From Acinetobacter phage nACB2: a stretch of 64,000 nt of DNA. A program made the translations under genes and the position numbers. The notes beneath the pieces are model-generated. The model made no database searches and had not been told where the DNA came from. It saw only the letters and a program-made list of their open reading frames with translations. The stretch lies in the sequence record OQ032512.1. One strand, given 5' to 3'. This document shows, in pieces, positions 1 to 8,176 of this stretch. Each line of letters opens with the position of its first letter. Position 1 is the first letter of the stretch.

Positions 1-90
1 GATAGATTTCATCTAGATCGAGCATTGGATAATATGTATAATATGTCATATCCAATGAAGCGCGTGTTGTTAGATTTCTACAATCGTTAA
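1..90 (+). CDS. 3' end of a CDS that starts outside the window (about 29 codons ending in TAA at 88-90)
   Basis: Open frame from position 1 to TAA at 88-90, followed directly by a terminator hairpin. Too short to assess further. Confidence 0.25.
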   Translation, partial: DRFHLDRALDNMYNMSYPMKRVLLDFYNR

Positions 91-116
91 AAAAGGGGCT
101 TGCGCCCCTTTTTTAA
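88..116. terminator. Bidirectional rho-independent terminator
   Basis: Hairpin AAAGGGGCTTGCGCCCCTTT flanked by A-run and T-run. Lies just downstream of the stop of the - strand gene at 124. The same hairpin recurs at 29673 and 62454. Confidence 0.7.
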
Positions 117-123
117 TCCACAT

Positions 124-1272
124 TTAACGCAAAGAACCAACATCTTCAGGGTTGAAACGAGCACCGAAGTCTCTAGCATGGGCTACGGCGTTGTCCAATA
201 ATTCAAAATCATCATCGTCCACTAATTCGCCCATCCAATTGGTAATTTGGAGGTTGTAATAGCATTTACCTTCTTCATCATGGAGTTTGAAAATACTCGC
301 TTCGCAATCCCCATATTGCCCGCAGTTCTTGGCTGTAATGAAGGCTGCGTCTTCATATGATTCGTCAAGACGGTATTGCGCTTCATTCAACTTTTTGTAT
401 ACGGCGTAGTCTTTGTCTTTAACGAAGTCAATGATTTCAGAGAATGACTTATCAATCTTGAACGCCTTGACACTTCCGTTTACTTGGAAAGCAGCCTTCC
501 AACGGTGATGCCCATCCACAATTACTTTATCATTGGAGATAACAATTGGCTTTTTATCCCAACTTTTTTCAGCTACAATACTGTTTACCTTTTCCATATT
601 GAATTCTGACTGAGATGGAACCAGTTGATCAGAAAGGTATTCACCTTCATCTACATTGATACCATACTTTTTCAGATCAACGATAAACTTGTCGAGTTCA
701 AGTTGAGGTAGGTTCTGGCGTTTATGGAAATTTTCATTTAAACCAATAGCGTAGAAATCGCCTACGTGTTTATTGATCCATTCAATAGGCTTGTCAGGGT
801 TGTCGCCATTAAATGACTCTTTTTCTGAACCGTATTCAAGAGTGAATGAGTATAGACTAGAGTAAGTCATTTTAACTTCACCAGAGTCTGGATCTTCTGG
901 AACAAAGAATACAGTAGTGTAAGCGTCTTCAGGTTTTGATTGCCAACCTGCATCGTAGAATGCTTTACGCAAACGAGTAGCGCACGCTGATGTTTCTTCG
1001 CCCCAGTCTGAACGTTCGTTCAGAGGTACTTCTTGACCTTCATTCAATTGTTTTTCAGAGAAGTCGTAGACCAAATCGCAACCTTCCAAAGTATAACCTT
1101 CAGTTAGACCAATTTTTTCTGCAATTTTATCCAAAGCAATCTTATTAGGGTGCGAAAATTTAAATGAGGAATCAGTTGACTCAGTAACAAGAGCAGCGCC
1201 CATATAGAGCATTGCAACTTTATTCAAACCCAGACTTGCTACTCGCTCATTAAAGGCGCTAATTTTGTCCAT
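124..1272 (-). CDS. ParB/sulfiredoxin-fold (DGHHR motif) nuclease-domain protein
   Basis: 382-aa ORF containing VIVDGHHRWKAA, which matches the ParB/Srx-fold DGHHR signature. The rest is unrecognised. Confidence 0.5.
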   Translation of the reverse strand: MDKISAFNERVASLGLNKVAMLYMGAALVTESTDSSFKFSHPNKIALDKIAEKIGLTEGYTLEGCDLVYDFSEKQLNEGQEVPLNERSDWGEETSACATRLRKAFYDAGWQSKPEDAYTTVFFVPEDPDSGEVKMTYSSLYSFTLEYGSEKESFNGDNPDKPIEWINKHVGDFYAIGLNENFHKRQNLPQLELDKFIVDLKKYGINVDEGEYLSDQLVPSQSEFNMEKVNSIVAEKSWDKKPIVISNDKVIVDGHHRWKAAFQVNGSVKAFKIDKSFSEIIDFVKDKDYAVYKKLNEAQYRLDESYEDAAFITAKNCGQYGDCEASIFKLHDEEGKCYYNLQITNWMGELVDDDDFELLDNAVAHARDFGARFNPEDVGSLR

Positions 1273-1359
1273 TTTGATACACTCGTATTTGATTTTAGAA
1301 AATAAAGCTATTATGAGTTATACTAAGGGTGAATTATACAAACAGAGATTCAATAACTC

Positions 1360-1764
1360 ATGTCTTTTACAAAACTCTTTCCTCATGTTGCATCAGGTAT
1401 CGTAGCTTGGGCAAACGAAAACAACATTGTTTGTCATATTAGTTGCGACACAAACCGCGTAGAAGGTCTACCAGCTACTATCACTAAGAAATATCCCGAT
1501 GCAATCACTTTATCTATTGGTGATGAAGCTACTAAAGGTTCTCTGGACGTAAATCAAGAATCAATGATTTTCAATTGTCGATTCAATGGAACTGAGACGC
1601 GTGTAGTTGCACCTCTAGAATGTATTCAATTTTTGAGCGTTCCTGATGCTGGAATGATTGTCGGTAATGAAGTTTATACTGATGTCAATCAGAAAAAGCC
1701 TTCAGATGAAATTACCTTCTCTGAACCTGTTAAACCTAAATCTAAATTGCGCATTGTGGAGTAA
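1360..1764 (+). CDS. hypothetical protein
   Basis: 134-aa ORF that opens the + strand early block. It is divergent from the 124..1272 gene. Confidence 0.45.
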   Translation: MSFTKLFPHVASGIVAWANENNIVCHISCDTNRVEGLPATITKKYPDAITLSIGDEATKGSLDVNQESMIFNCRFNGTETRVVAPLECIQFLSVPDAGMIVGNEVYTDVNQKKPSDEITFSEPVKPKSKLRIVE

Positions 1765-1767
1765 TAC

Positions 1768-2880
1768 ATGCTAGTAATTCCAGAAATTGTCATTGAAAGT
1801 CCAAAAATAGCGATGATTGGAGACCTCCACTTCGGTATTAAAAACGGCGACAAATACTTCCTAGACTTCCAAGTGAAGTATATGAAGCGTAAACTAGACA
1901 TGCTAGCAGGTATGGGAATAAAACAGTTATTTCAAGCTGGTGATGCCTTAGATAACCGCAAGCGCACAGAGACAAATGTAATTAATGCAGTTCAAGAAGT
2001 TTGTGCATATGCAGCTGAGCTGGGTATTGAAATTGTATTCATCGTAGGTAATCACAATACTTTCTATACCGATACAAACGCCGTTCATAATTTGAACATT
2101 GTGACACATATGTCTAATGTGAAAATAGTGGAAGAATATAGTCACGGCGTTTCTAAGCTTGATGGAAGTCCTGTCATTCTTTTGTTGGGATGGATTCATA
2201 AGAATAACCACGATGCACTAATGGAAGCTGTAGAACAGTCTACAGCGCCTTACTGTCTAATGCACGCTGAATTCGATGGATTCGAGATGTATAAAGGCAT
2301 TGAAGCAAAAGGCGGTATGTCTATTGTACCATTCCGTAAGTTTAAACGCGTTCTATCTGGTCATTATCATACCGTTTCTAGTAACGGAAATGTAGAATAT
2401 CTTGGTTCGCCATACGCTCTGACATGGATGGACTGGGTTGATGGAGTTAATCGTGGTCTATTCATTTTAGATGTTACTACAGATGAATTCAACTTCATAC
2501 GCAATGAAGAACATGAAACTCTGTTTGTGACGCATGAATATGACGGCGCTATTGTGTATGATGAATTCTTCTTTGAAAAATTCAAAAACAAAGTGGTGAA
2601 GTTCTTTGTCAAAGAAGTCGCTGACCCTAAGCACTACGACAAATTTGTGAAGTTGGTGAACAGCGTACCTTATATTGATCGACGTATCATTGATGAGCGC
2701 GAACTAGCTGTTATAGAGCACGCTGCAATTGATATTCGTTCAATGAATCTTACTCCAGCAAAAGTTATTGATGATTATGTTCGTGAAGAAGCTATAGTCA
2801 ATAAATTGAATCCGGATGACGTAGCAAAAGAAGCGTTATCATTATATCAGTCGGCTCTCGAAGAGCAATCAAAGGTATAA
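1768..2880 (+). CDS. gp47: Mre11/SbcD-like recombination endonuclease subunit (T4 gp47-like)
   Basis: N-terminal calcineurin-like phosphoesterase motifs (IGDLHFG ... GDxxD ... IVGNHN ... GHYH). Immediately upstream of a gp46-like gene, as in T4. Confidence 0.8.
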   Translation: MLVIPEIVIESPKIAMIGDLHFGIKNGDKYFLDFQVKYMKRKLDMLAGMGIKQLFQAGDALDNRKRTETNVINAVQEVCAYAAELGIEIVFIVGNHNTFYTDTNAVHNLNIVTHMSNVKIVEEYSHGVSKLDGSPVILLLGWIHKNNHDALMEAVEQSTAPYCLMHAEFDGFEMYKGIEAKGGMSIVPFRKFKRVLSGHYHTVSSNGNVEYLGSPYALTWMDWVDGVNRGLFILDVTTDEFNFIRNEEHETLFVTHEYDGAIVYDEFFFEKFKNKVVKFFVKEVADPKHYDKFVKLVNSVPYIDRRIIDERELAVIEHAAIDIRSMNLTPAKVIDDYVREEAIVNKLNPDDVAKEALSLYQSALEEQSKV

Positions 2881-2884
2881 TATC

Positions 2885-3235
2885 ATGAAACTATTTCCGC
2901 TCATCGCATCTATATCTGTGGTACATCTTTTCCGTAATAAACAGATGGACATCGTGAAGCTTTCAAAGGCTTCTTTAACGTACAAAGAATGTTGTTTAGA
3001 ATGTAATCCATCTATTGTTCGCATGAATTCTGTGCACGGATACGTTACAGAAGAGCAATTCAATCATTTGAAACAGTATAATGATCAGCGTATGGCTATT
3101 TGGACGAAATATAACGAAGATATGAAAGCCATCGAAGATCAATATAAGATGGACGTTCAGACCTTTAAAGAAATTAATGATTCAAAAGGCTTAACCATCG
3201 AAAAGCAATTGGCTAACACTACGGAAAAACAATAA
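2885..3235 (+). CDS. hypothetical protein
   Basis: 116-aa ORF packed between the gp47-like and gp46-like genes. ATG at 3235 overlaps its stop. Confidence 0.4.
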   Translation: MKLFPLIASISVVHLFRNKQMDIVKLSKASLTYKECCLECNPSIVRMNSVHGYVTEEQFNHLKQYNDQRMAIWTKYNEDMKAIEDQYKMDVQTFKEINDSKGLTIEKQLANTTEKQ

Positions 3236-5373
3236 TGTCTCATATCAATTTCAAATCTCTTGAAGCAAAGAACTTTCGTTCCATTGACAACATGGGTTTA
3301 AAAGTAGATTTTAAGAGTGGGAAAACCACTCTAGTTGCATCTACCGACAATGGATCTGGTAAATCTTCCATTTGGCGCGACGCCTTGTTCTATGCCTTGT
3401 TTGATAAACCGTATGCCAAGGGGCAGTCAAAGACACAGCTTATCAACTCGCGCTCAGGTAACAAACTGTACGTCAAATTGCAATTTGAAAAGGGTGGCGT
3501 TGACTACATCATTGAACGCGGACAAAAACCTTCTGTTTTTGAAATCACGGTAGATGGAGAAAAGTTGAATAAAGAAGCAGTTGATTTTCAAAAGACTCTT
3601 CTCGATATTCTTGGTGCAGATGAAAAGCTATTCTCTAACAGTATCATCTTGGGCGCGGACAAATTTGTACCGTTCACCAATATGGGGGCTGAAGAGCGCC
3701 GTCGCTTTGGAGATCAGATGCTCGATCTCATTGTAATAACAAAGATGAGCGCCTTGAACAAAGAACGATTGAAGGAGGTGAACCAAAATATTACTTCCAC
3801 AAATCAAAATTTATCCATTTTGGAGACGCGTCAGACAGGCATTGAAGCTATTATCAGCGCTAAAAAGGCTAACTCAGTTGATCTTCAGAATCGCATCCAA
3901 GAAGACATAAACAACCTAGAGTCAGACAAAGCAGCATATGAGCATGATAAAAACGTAGCTGAATCCGACGTTTCTTCTCTAGAGGAGTACGTTGAAGAGA
4001 AAAGAACTGCTAAAGCTCAACAAGAACAGGTATTGTTAGAAAAATACAAACCTCTTATTGAAGAAGCGCGCAAAGGCATTGCTGAAGCTGAGAATCTAAG
4101 TGCAGATGAATTAACTGTTTGTGTTAACAGCCTTCAGGATAGTCTTAATCAATGTATGATGTCTATCACTAAAGAAGAGAAGACAATCGCTGAACAACGC
4201 AAACTCTTCAAAGAACAATTCGATACGCGTCAAAAATACGAAGATATGGTAGTGGCTCTGAAGAATAAACTTTCAGAGTTGAAAGAGCCAAATAAAGATG
4301 AACCGTGTTCTCATTGCGGCGGTATAGTAGGTGAACAGTACTATCAAAAGCATCTTGATGAATATAACGCTAAGCGCCAGAAGCTGGAAGATGGTATAAA
4401 AGCAGCAGAAATGAAGGTTCAAGAAGGCGTGAACCTAGATTCTCTGTTTGCTCAATGGGAAGAACACTGCGAGAATGAACTCGAAGGTTATCGCAAAGAG
4501 CAGAAACAACTTTCTGAAGAATTGAATGACGCTAAGGTGAACCGTGGTACATTTGAGAGCGATCGTCATAAAAAGATTTCAGACGCTAAGCATAAGTTGT
4601 CACAAGTCCAAGCTGATCTTACTCGCGAAACTCAAGAAATTATCAATCCATTAACTCAAGAACTGAATAAAGTCATTTCTGATCTAGGTTACAAGCGTCA
4701 AGATGTAGAGCGCCTTAATGGTCTTATGGACAAACTACATCAAAACATTCTGTCTAAACAACAACAGTTAGAATCCGCGAAGAACAACAGCTCTTATTCA
4801 ACTGAGGAAGCTGATTTGGTTGAGTGTCAGCATGAAATCAATGAACACAAAAACATTCTGGATGAATGCTACAAAAAGCAAGCTATCGCTAATCTTTTGA
4901 CGCAATCTCTAAAAGACGACGGCATCAAAGCCAAGTTGGTTGAAAATTATCTACCGTATATCAATGATCGTATCAATTTCTATCTTGAAAAGATGAATTT
5001 CTTTGTACGCATTGAGCTGAACCGTGAATATGAATTGGAAATGTTTGCTCCAGAGCGTAAGGGGCAAAATATCCATTGTTTATCAGCTGGTCAGCAGAAG
5101 CGTATCGATCTGTCTGTACTACTTGCGTGGCGCGATCTAGCTCGTCAGGCGTCCACTAATAGTTGTAACATTCTTATCATGGATGAGTTATTAGAAGCGA
5201 TGTCGGAGTCAGGTATCATTGACTTCATGGAAATGTGGCGTACTATTGAAGAATCGAAGTACACTAATCTTGTGGTCATTACTCAACGTAAAGCTGAATT
5301 TGAACCTCTGTTCGATGAGTGTAAAATGTACAAGTTGGTTGATTTAGCAACAGTGGAGATTGAAAATGAGTAA
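3235..5373 (+). CDS. gp46: Rad50/SbcC-like recombination ATPase (T4 gp46-like)
   Basis: Walker A (TDNGSGKSS). Segment ERGQKPSVFEITVDG matches the gp46 N-terminus. Long central coiled coil with a CxxC zinc hook (CSHCGG). C-terminal signature and D-loop (LSAGQQKRIDLSVLLAWRDLA ... LIMDE). Confidence 0.85.
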   Translation: MSHINFKSLEAKNFRSIDNMGLKVDFKSGKTTLVASTDNGSGKSSIWRDALFYALFDKPYAKGQSKTQLINSRSGNKLYVKLQFEKGGVDYIIERGQKPSVFEITVDGEKLNKEAVDFQKTLLDILGADEKLFSNSIILGADKFVPFTNMGAEERRRFGDQMLDLIVITKMSALNKERLKEVNQNITSTNQNLSILETRQTGIEAIISAKKANSVDLQNRIQEDINNLESDKAAYEHDKNVAESDVSSLEEYVEEKRTAKAQQEQVLLEKYKPLIEEARKGIAEAENLSADELTVCVNSLQDSLNQCMMSITKEEKTIAEQRKLFKEQFDTRQKYEDMVVALKNKLSELKEPNKDEPCSHCGGIVGEQYYQKHLDEYNAKRQKLEDGIKAAEMKVQEGVNLDSLFAQWEEHCENELEGYRKEQKQLSEELNDAKVNRGTFESDRHKKISDAKHKLSQVQADLTRETQEIINPLTQELNKVISDLGYKRQDVERLNGLMDKLHQNILSKQQQLESAKNNSSYSTEEADLVECQHEINEHKNILDECYKKQAIANLLTQSLKDDGIKAKLVENYLPYINDRINFYLEKMNFFVRIELNREYELEMFAPERKGQNIHCLSAGQQKRIDLSVLLAWRDLARQASTNSCNILIMDELLEAMSESGIIDFMEMWRTIEESKYTNLVVITQRKAEFEPLFDECKMYKLVDLATVEIENE

Positions 5374-5581
5374 TCTTGTTGTATTAAAGGAAGGACGTTG
5401 GATTGTAGATATATCTCAGGTTGCGTCTGTGTTTATCACTAAACGATGCGATAATATCTACGTCGCGTTGAAAGGATGTGAAGAAATGGAACGCTTCTAT
5501 GACACCAAAGCGGAATGCGAAATTGACTACAAAGTTTTATCAGAAGCGCTTTTATCGCATCACGCAGAAACAGAAATTTGA
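5360..5581 (+). CDS. hypothetical protein
   Basis: 73-aa ORF overlapping the gp46 stop. Followed by a terminator hairpin. Confidence 0.4.
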   Translation: MKMSNLVVLKEGRWIVDISQVASVFITKRCDNIYVALKGCEEMERFYDTKAECEIDYKVLSEALLSHHAETEI

Positions 5582-5598
5582 TTTAGAATGAAAACAAA

Positions 5599-5635
5599 CC
5601 CTGAGATTATAATAGTCTCAGGGTTTTTATTTTTG
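5599..5635 (+). terminator. Terminator hairpin with a TATAATAG -10-like box in the loop
   Basis: Stem CCCTGAGA/TCTCAGGG, loop TTATAATAG, then TTTTTATTTTT. Confidence 0.6.
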
Positions 5636-5644
5636 GATAATACA

Positions 5645-5839
5645 ATGCTTTTTGAGATAAAGGCGTCCGAGTACGTTAATCTGAAACATGTTGCTTTCCT
5701 TAGTCTGGGGCGCTACGATCCGTATAGTTCAACGTACTCTTTTGTAGAGGTTACAATGACATCAGGTATCAAAATGACATTCGAACGCGTTGAAAATATA
5801 GTGGTTGTTAATATGAAAGCCAAAATGGGTGAGTTATGA
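5645..5839 (+). CDS. hypothetical protein (start moved to an internal ATG)
   Basis: The listed ORF 5588..5839 would run through the terminator hairpin. The ATG at 5645 (MLFEIK...) lies after the T-run. Confidence 0.4.
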   Translation: MLFEIKASEYVNLKHVAFLSLGRYDPYSSTYSFVEVTMTSGIKMTFERVENIVVVNMKAKMGEL

Positions 5840-6162
5840 ATGAAAGACATAAAGCTGCTAGCGTCAACCTGCTAAAGATAATGGAACAAAAACTCAAGTT
5901 ATTCGAGAATACTAATTCTGTTAAAGAGCTTTTTGAAATGGTTTGTCGCAGTATTGAATCTGAACAGGACTTTCATGCTACGGTGAAAGATGGTGGTATC
6001 GTCTATTCAAAAGAATATACCATGAAGGGTATGGCTAGTATAGAAGCAATACAAGGTATGTGTATAGAACTTACATTACGATATGGGCCATACGTAAAAA
6101 CAGCAAAACCTACCAGTATGCGCTCTGTTAAGATAGAACTATACGGAGAAGCCTTCCAATGA
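5836..6162 (+). CDS. hypothetical protein
   Basis: 108-aa ORF with ATGA overlap to the previous ORF. Confidence 0.45.
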   Translation: MNERHKAASVNLLKIMEQKLKLFENTNSVKELFEMVCRSIESEQDFHATVKDGGIVYSKEYTMKGMASIEAIQGMCIELTLRYGPYVKTAKPTSMRSVKIELYGEAFQ

Positions 6163-6171
6163 TTTGATTAT

Positions 6172-6220
6172 TTTACAAACCCAAGCCCTGAGTTTATAAT
6201 AGTTCAGGGCTTTTTATTTG
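6172..6220 (+). promoter_or_regulatory. sigma70-like promoter (TTTACA-17-TATAAT) whose spacer and -10 box sit in a terminator-like hairpin
   Basis: TTTACA at 6172-6177 and TATAAT at 6195-6200. Inverted repeat AGCCCTGAG/TTCAGGGCT (6183-6210) with loop GTTTATAATAGT, followed by TTTTTATTT. Confidence 0.55.
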
Positions 6221-6228
6221 GTAGCAAT

Positions 6229-7293
6229 ATGATTTATGAACTAATAGGCTACGTGAATCAGGTAGGCATGCGGCTTGAAGGCTTCAAGCGCGTCAGAGAC
6301 AACGTTTGGAATGCGCGTTGCCCTATCTGCGGCGATAGTCAACAAAGAAAGGGTAAACAGCGTTTCTATATCCATCCTGATAAGGAACGCACAACACTTA
6401 TGACTTCTTGTCGCAACTGTTCATACGCATCACCTTTTCTCTATTTCTTGAAAGACCACTACAATGACTTATATCTACAAGCTATTATGGATATATTCAA
6501 GAATAAGGCTGAACGCAAGCCCAAGAAGGTTGAACAACCAGTTGAAGCCGAAGTTACATTAGATGAAACAAACGTTGAGCGCCCCTTTCTTGAACCCATT
6601 GAAGGTCTTGACAATCTTCATCCAGTAATGAAATACGTGAATTCTAGATACATTCCTAAGCAGAGATTCTCTAGACTTGCTTGGTGCGAGAACTTCAAAG
6701 AATTCAGTTTGAAGTTTCCAGAGTATCAAGAAAACAATGAGATGCCCGAAGATATGCGTTTGTTGATACCATTCTATGACTCAAACAATAGAATGACACA
6801 TATTCAGGCTCGAGCTATTGACCCTAACGCATACATTCGATACATTACATTGAAGTTAGATGAGAAAGCGCCTAAATGGTTTGGCGTTGAAAGTCTGAAG
6901 GAAGGTAAACGCTACGTGATTGAGGGACCAATTGATAGTTTATTTCTACCTAACTGTGTAGCCACAGCAGATGCTAACTTATTATCGTATCCGGATGGAG
7001 ACATATACATTCCAGATAATCAATATAGAAACAAAGAAATTGTTCAAATTGTTGAACGCATTATTGATTCAGGAAAGTCTGTAGTTTTGTTTCCGTCCTC
7101 ATTTGCCCATAAAGATATCAATGACGCCGTTATAGACGGAGTACCTTTGTCTGAAATCTATATGATAATCAAAAGTAACACATTCAAAGGTTTAGCAGCT
7201 AAACTTGAATGGTCTCAACGTCAAAAGGTAGTGACTAACAATGGATTTAAGCGTAGAAGAAATAAAGCACATAATAACTTCTCTGGATTTTAG
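6229..7293 (+). CDS. gp61: DNA primase (T4 gp61-like; zinc ribbon plus Toprim)
   Basis: N-terminal CPICGD..(17)..CRNC zinc ribbon. Toprim-like acidic motifs (IEGPIDSLFL ... DADANL). Confidence 0.75.
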   Translation: MIYELIGYVNQVGMRLEGFKRVRDNVWNARCPICGDSQQRKGKQRFYIHPDKERTTLMTSCRNCSYASPFLYFLKDHYNDLYLQAIMDIFKNKAERKPKKVEQPVEAEVTLDETNVERPFLEPIEGLDNLHPVMKYVNSRYIPKQRFSRLAWCENFKEFSLKFPEYQENNEMPEDMRLLIPFYDSNNRMTHIQARAIDPNAYIRYITLKLDEKAPKWFGVESLKEGKRYVIEGPIDSLFLPNCVATADANLLSYPDGDIYIPDNQYRNKEIVQIVERIIDSGKSVVLFPSSFAHKDINDAVIDGVPLSEIYMIIKSNTFKGLAAKLEWSQRQKVVTNNGFKRRRNKAHNNFSGF

Positions 7294-7633
7294 AATCCAC
7301 AAGATGGAGGAAGATTTTCATCAGGTGCGATATCCTGACCCAGATGAAAGAATTAGATTTATCAAAGGGTATAGAAAACTATCTGAAAAGTTCAAAGAGG
7401 TTTTGGAATCTGCGTTTGATGACGGAAAATCAAATTTCTCAGTTCCGTCTACCATAGATGGTTTAATAGAAGTAACCAAGGTCAAGGCTTTTAGTGATAC
7501 AGAACAACTGAATGAGTTTCTAACAAGGAAATGTGTCAATAAGGTTGTTTCTATAACTCCATGGCTGCGTAACCATGGTTACGCAGAATATCTTTTAACA
7601 TACACTGAGATAGTCGAAAACATTGATCAGTAA
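7241..7633 (+). CDS. hypothetical protein
   Basis: 130-aa ORF overlapping the primase 3' end by 53 nt. AAGGTAG lies upstream of the ATG. Confidence 0.4.
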   Translation: MDLSVEEIKHIITSLDFRIHKMEEDFHQVRYPDPDERIRFIKGYRKLSEKFKEVLESAFDDGKSNFSVPSTIDGLIEVTKVKAFSDTEQLNEFLTRKCVNKVVSITPWLRNHGYAEYLLTYTEIVENIDQ

Positions 7634-7666
7634 ATTGCGAATTTTGTAATTTTTGGTCTGTAAAGT

Positions 7667-8116
7667 ATGGATCAAAACACATATATTTTTACACAACCAC
7701 ACGGTAGTTTGGAGAACATTATGCAATACTACGCTTTGAGTCTTTCTTCTGAGATATCAGATTTTATGAAAAGTCGTATGACAGATATGGGGCGCGGAGT
7801 CTTCACCTTATCCCATATTCCAGCTAGACACTTTTTAGATTCATTCCGTCATCCTGGATATACTGTAGATGACAAATACGATTACGTTTCTCTAGCTGTA
7901 CTGCGCGGAGAAATACCATTTGAAGAAATACAGAATATGACAGAACAATGTAACGCCGTTTTAGTCACTGTTTTCGATGGAAAGTTGAGTGTCAATGGCG
8001 GTACATTGAAGACTAATGATATAGCCGTAATAAAGTCTGGAGATAGCATACGCCCATCAGCTAATGCACTTTGGGGTCTATTACCTTACGGTTCAGCAGT
8101 AGTTGCGACTATTTGA
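7667..8116 (+). CDS. hypothetical protein
   Basis: 149-aa ORF. Confidence 0.45.
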   Translation: MDQNTYIFTQPHGSLENIMQYYALSLSSEISDFMKSRMTDMGRGVFTLSHIPARHFLDSFRHPGYTVDDKYDYVSLAVLRGEIPFEEIQNMTEQCNAVLVTVFDGKLSVNGGTLKTNDIAVIKSGDSIRPSANALWGLLPYGSAVVATI

Positions 8117-8136
8117 TTTTTATTCATTTCAGTAAA

Positions 8137-8150
8137 TGACTCTATAATAG
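8137..8150 (+). promoter_or_regulatory. TGACTCTATAATAG box, identical to the 14-mer at 10771-10784
   Basis: Exact 14-nt match to the loop region of the 10766 hairpin. Here no clear flanking stem. Lies 27 nt upstream of the ATG at 8177. Confidence 0.4.
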
Positions 8151-8176
8151 ACGCAGATTGATATATTACCATTCTT

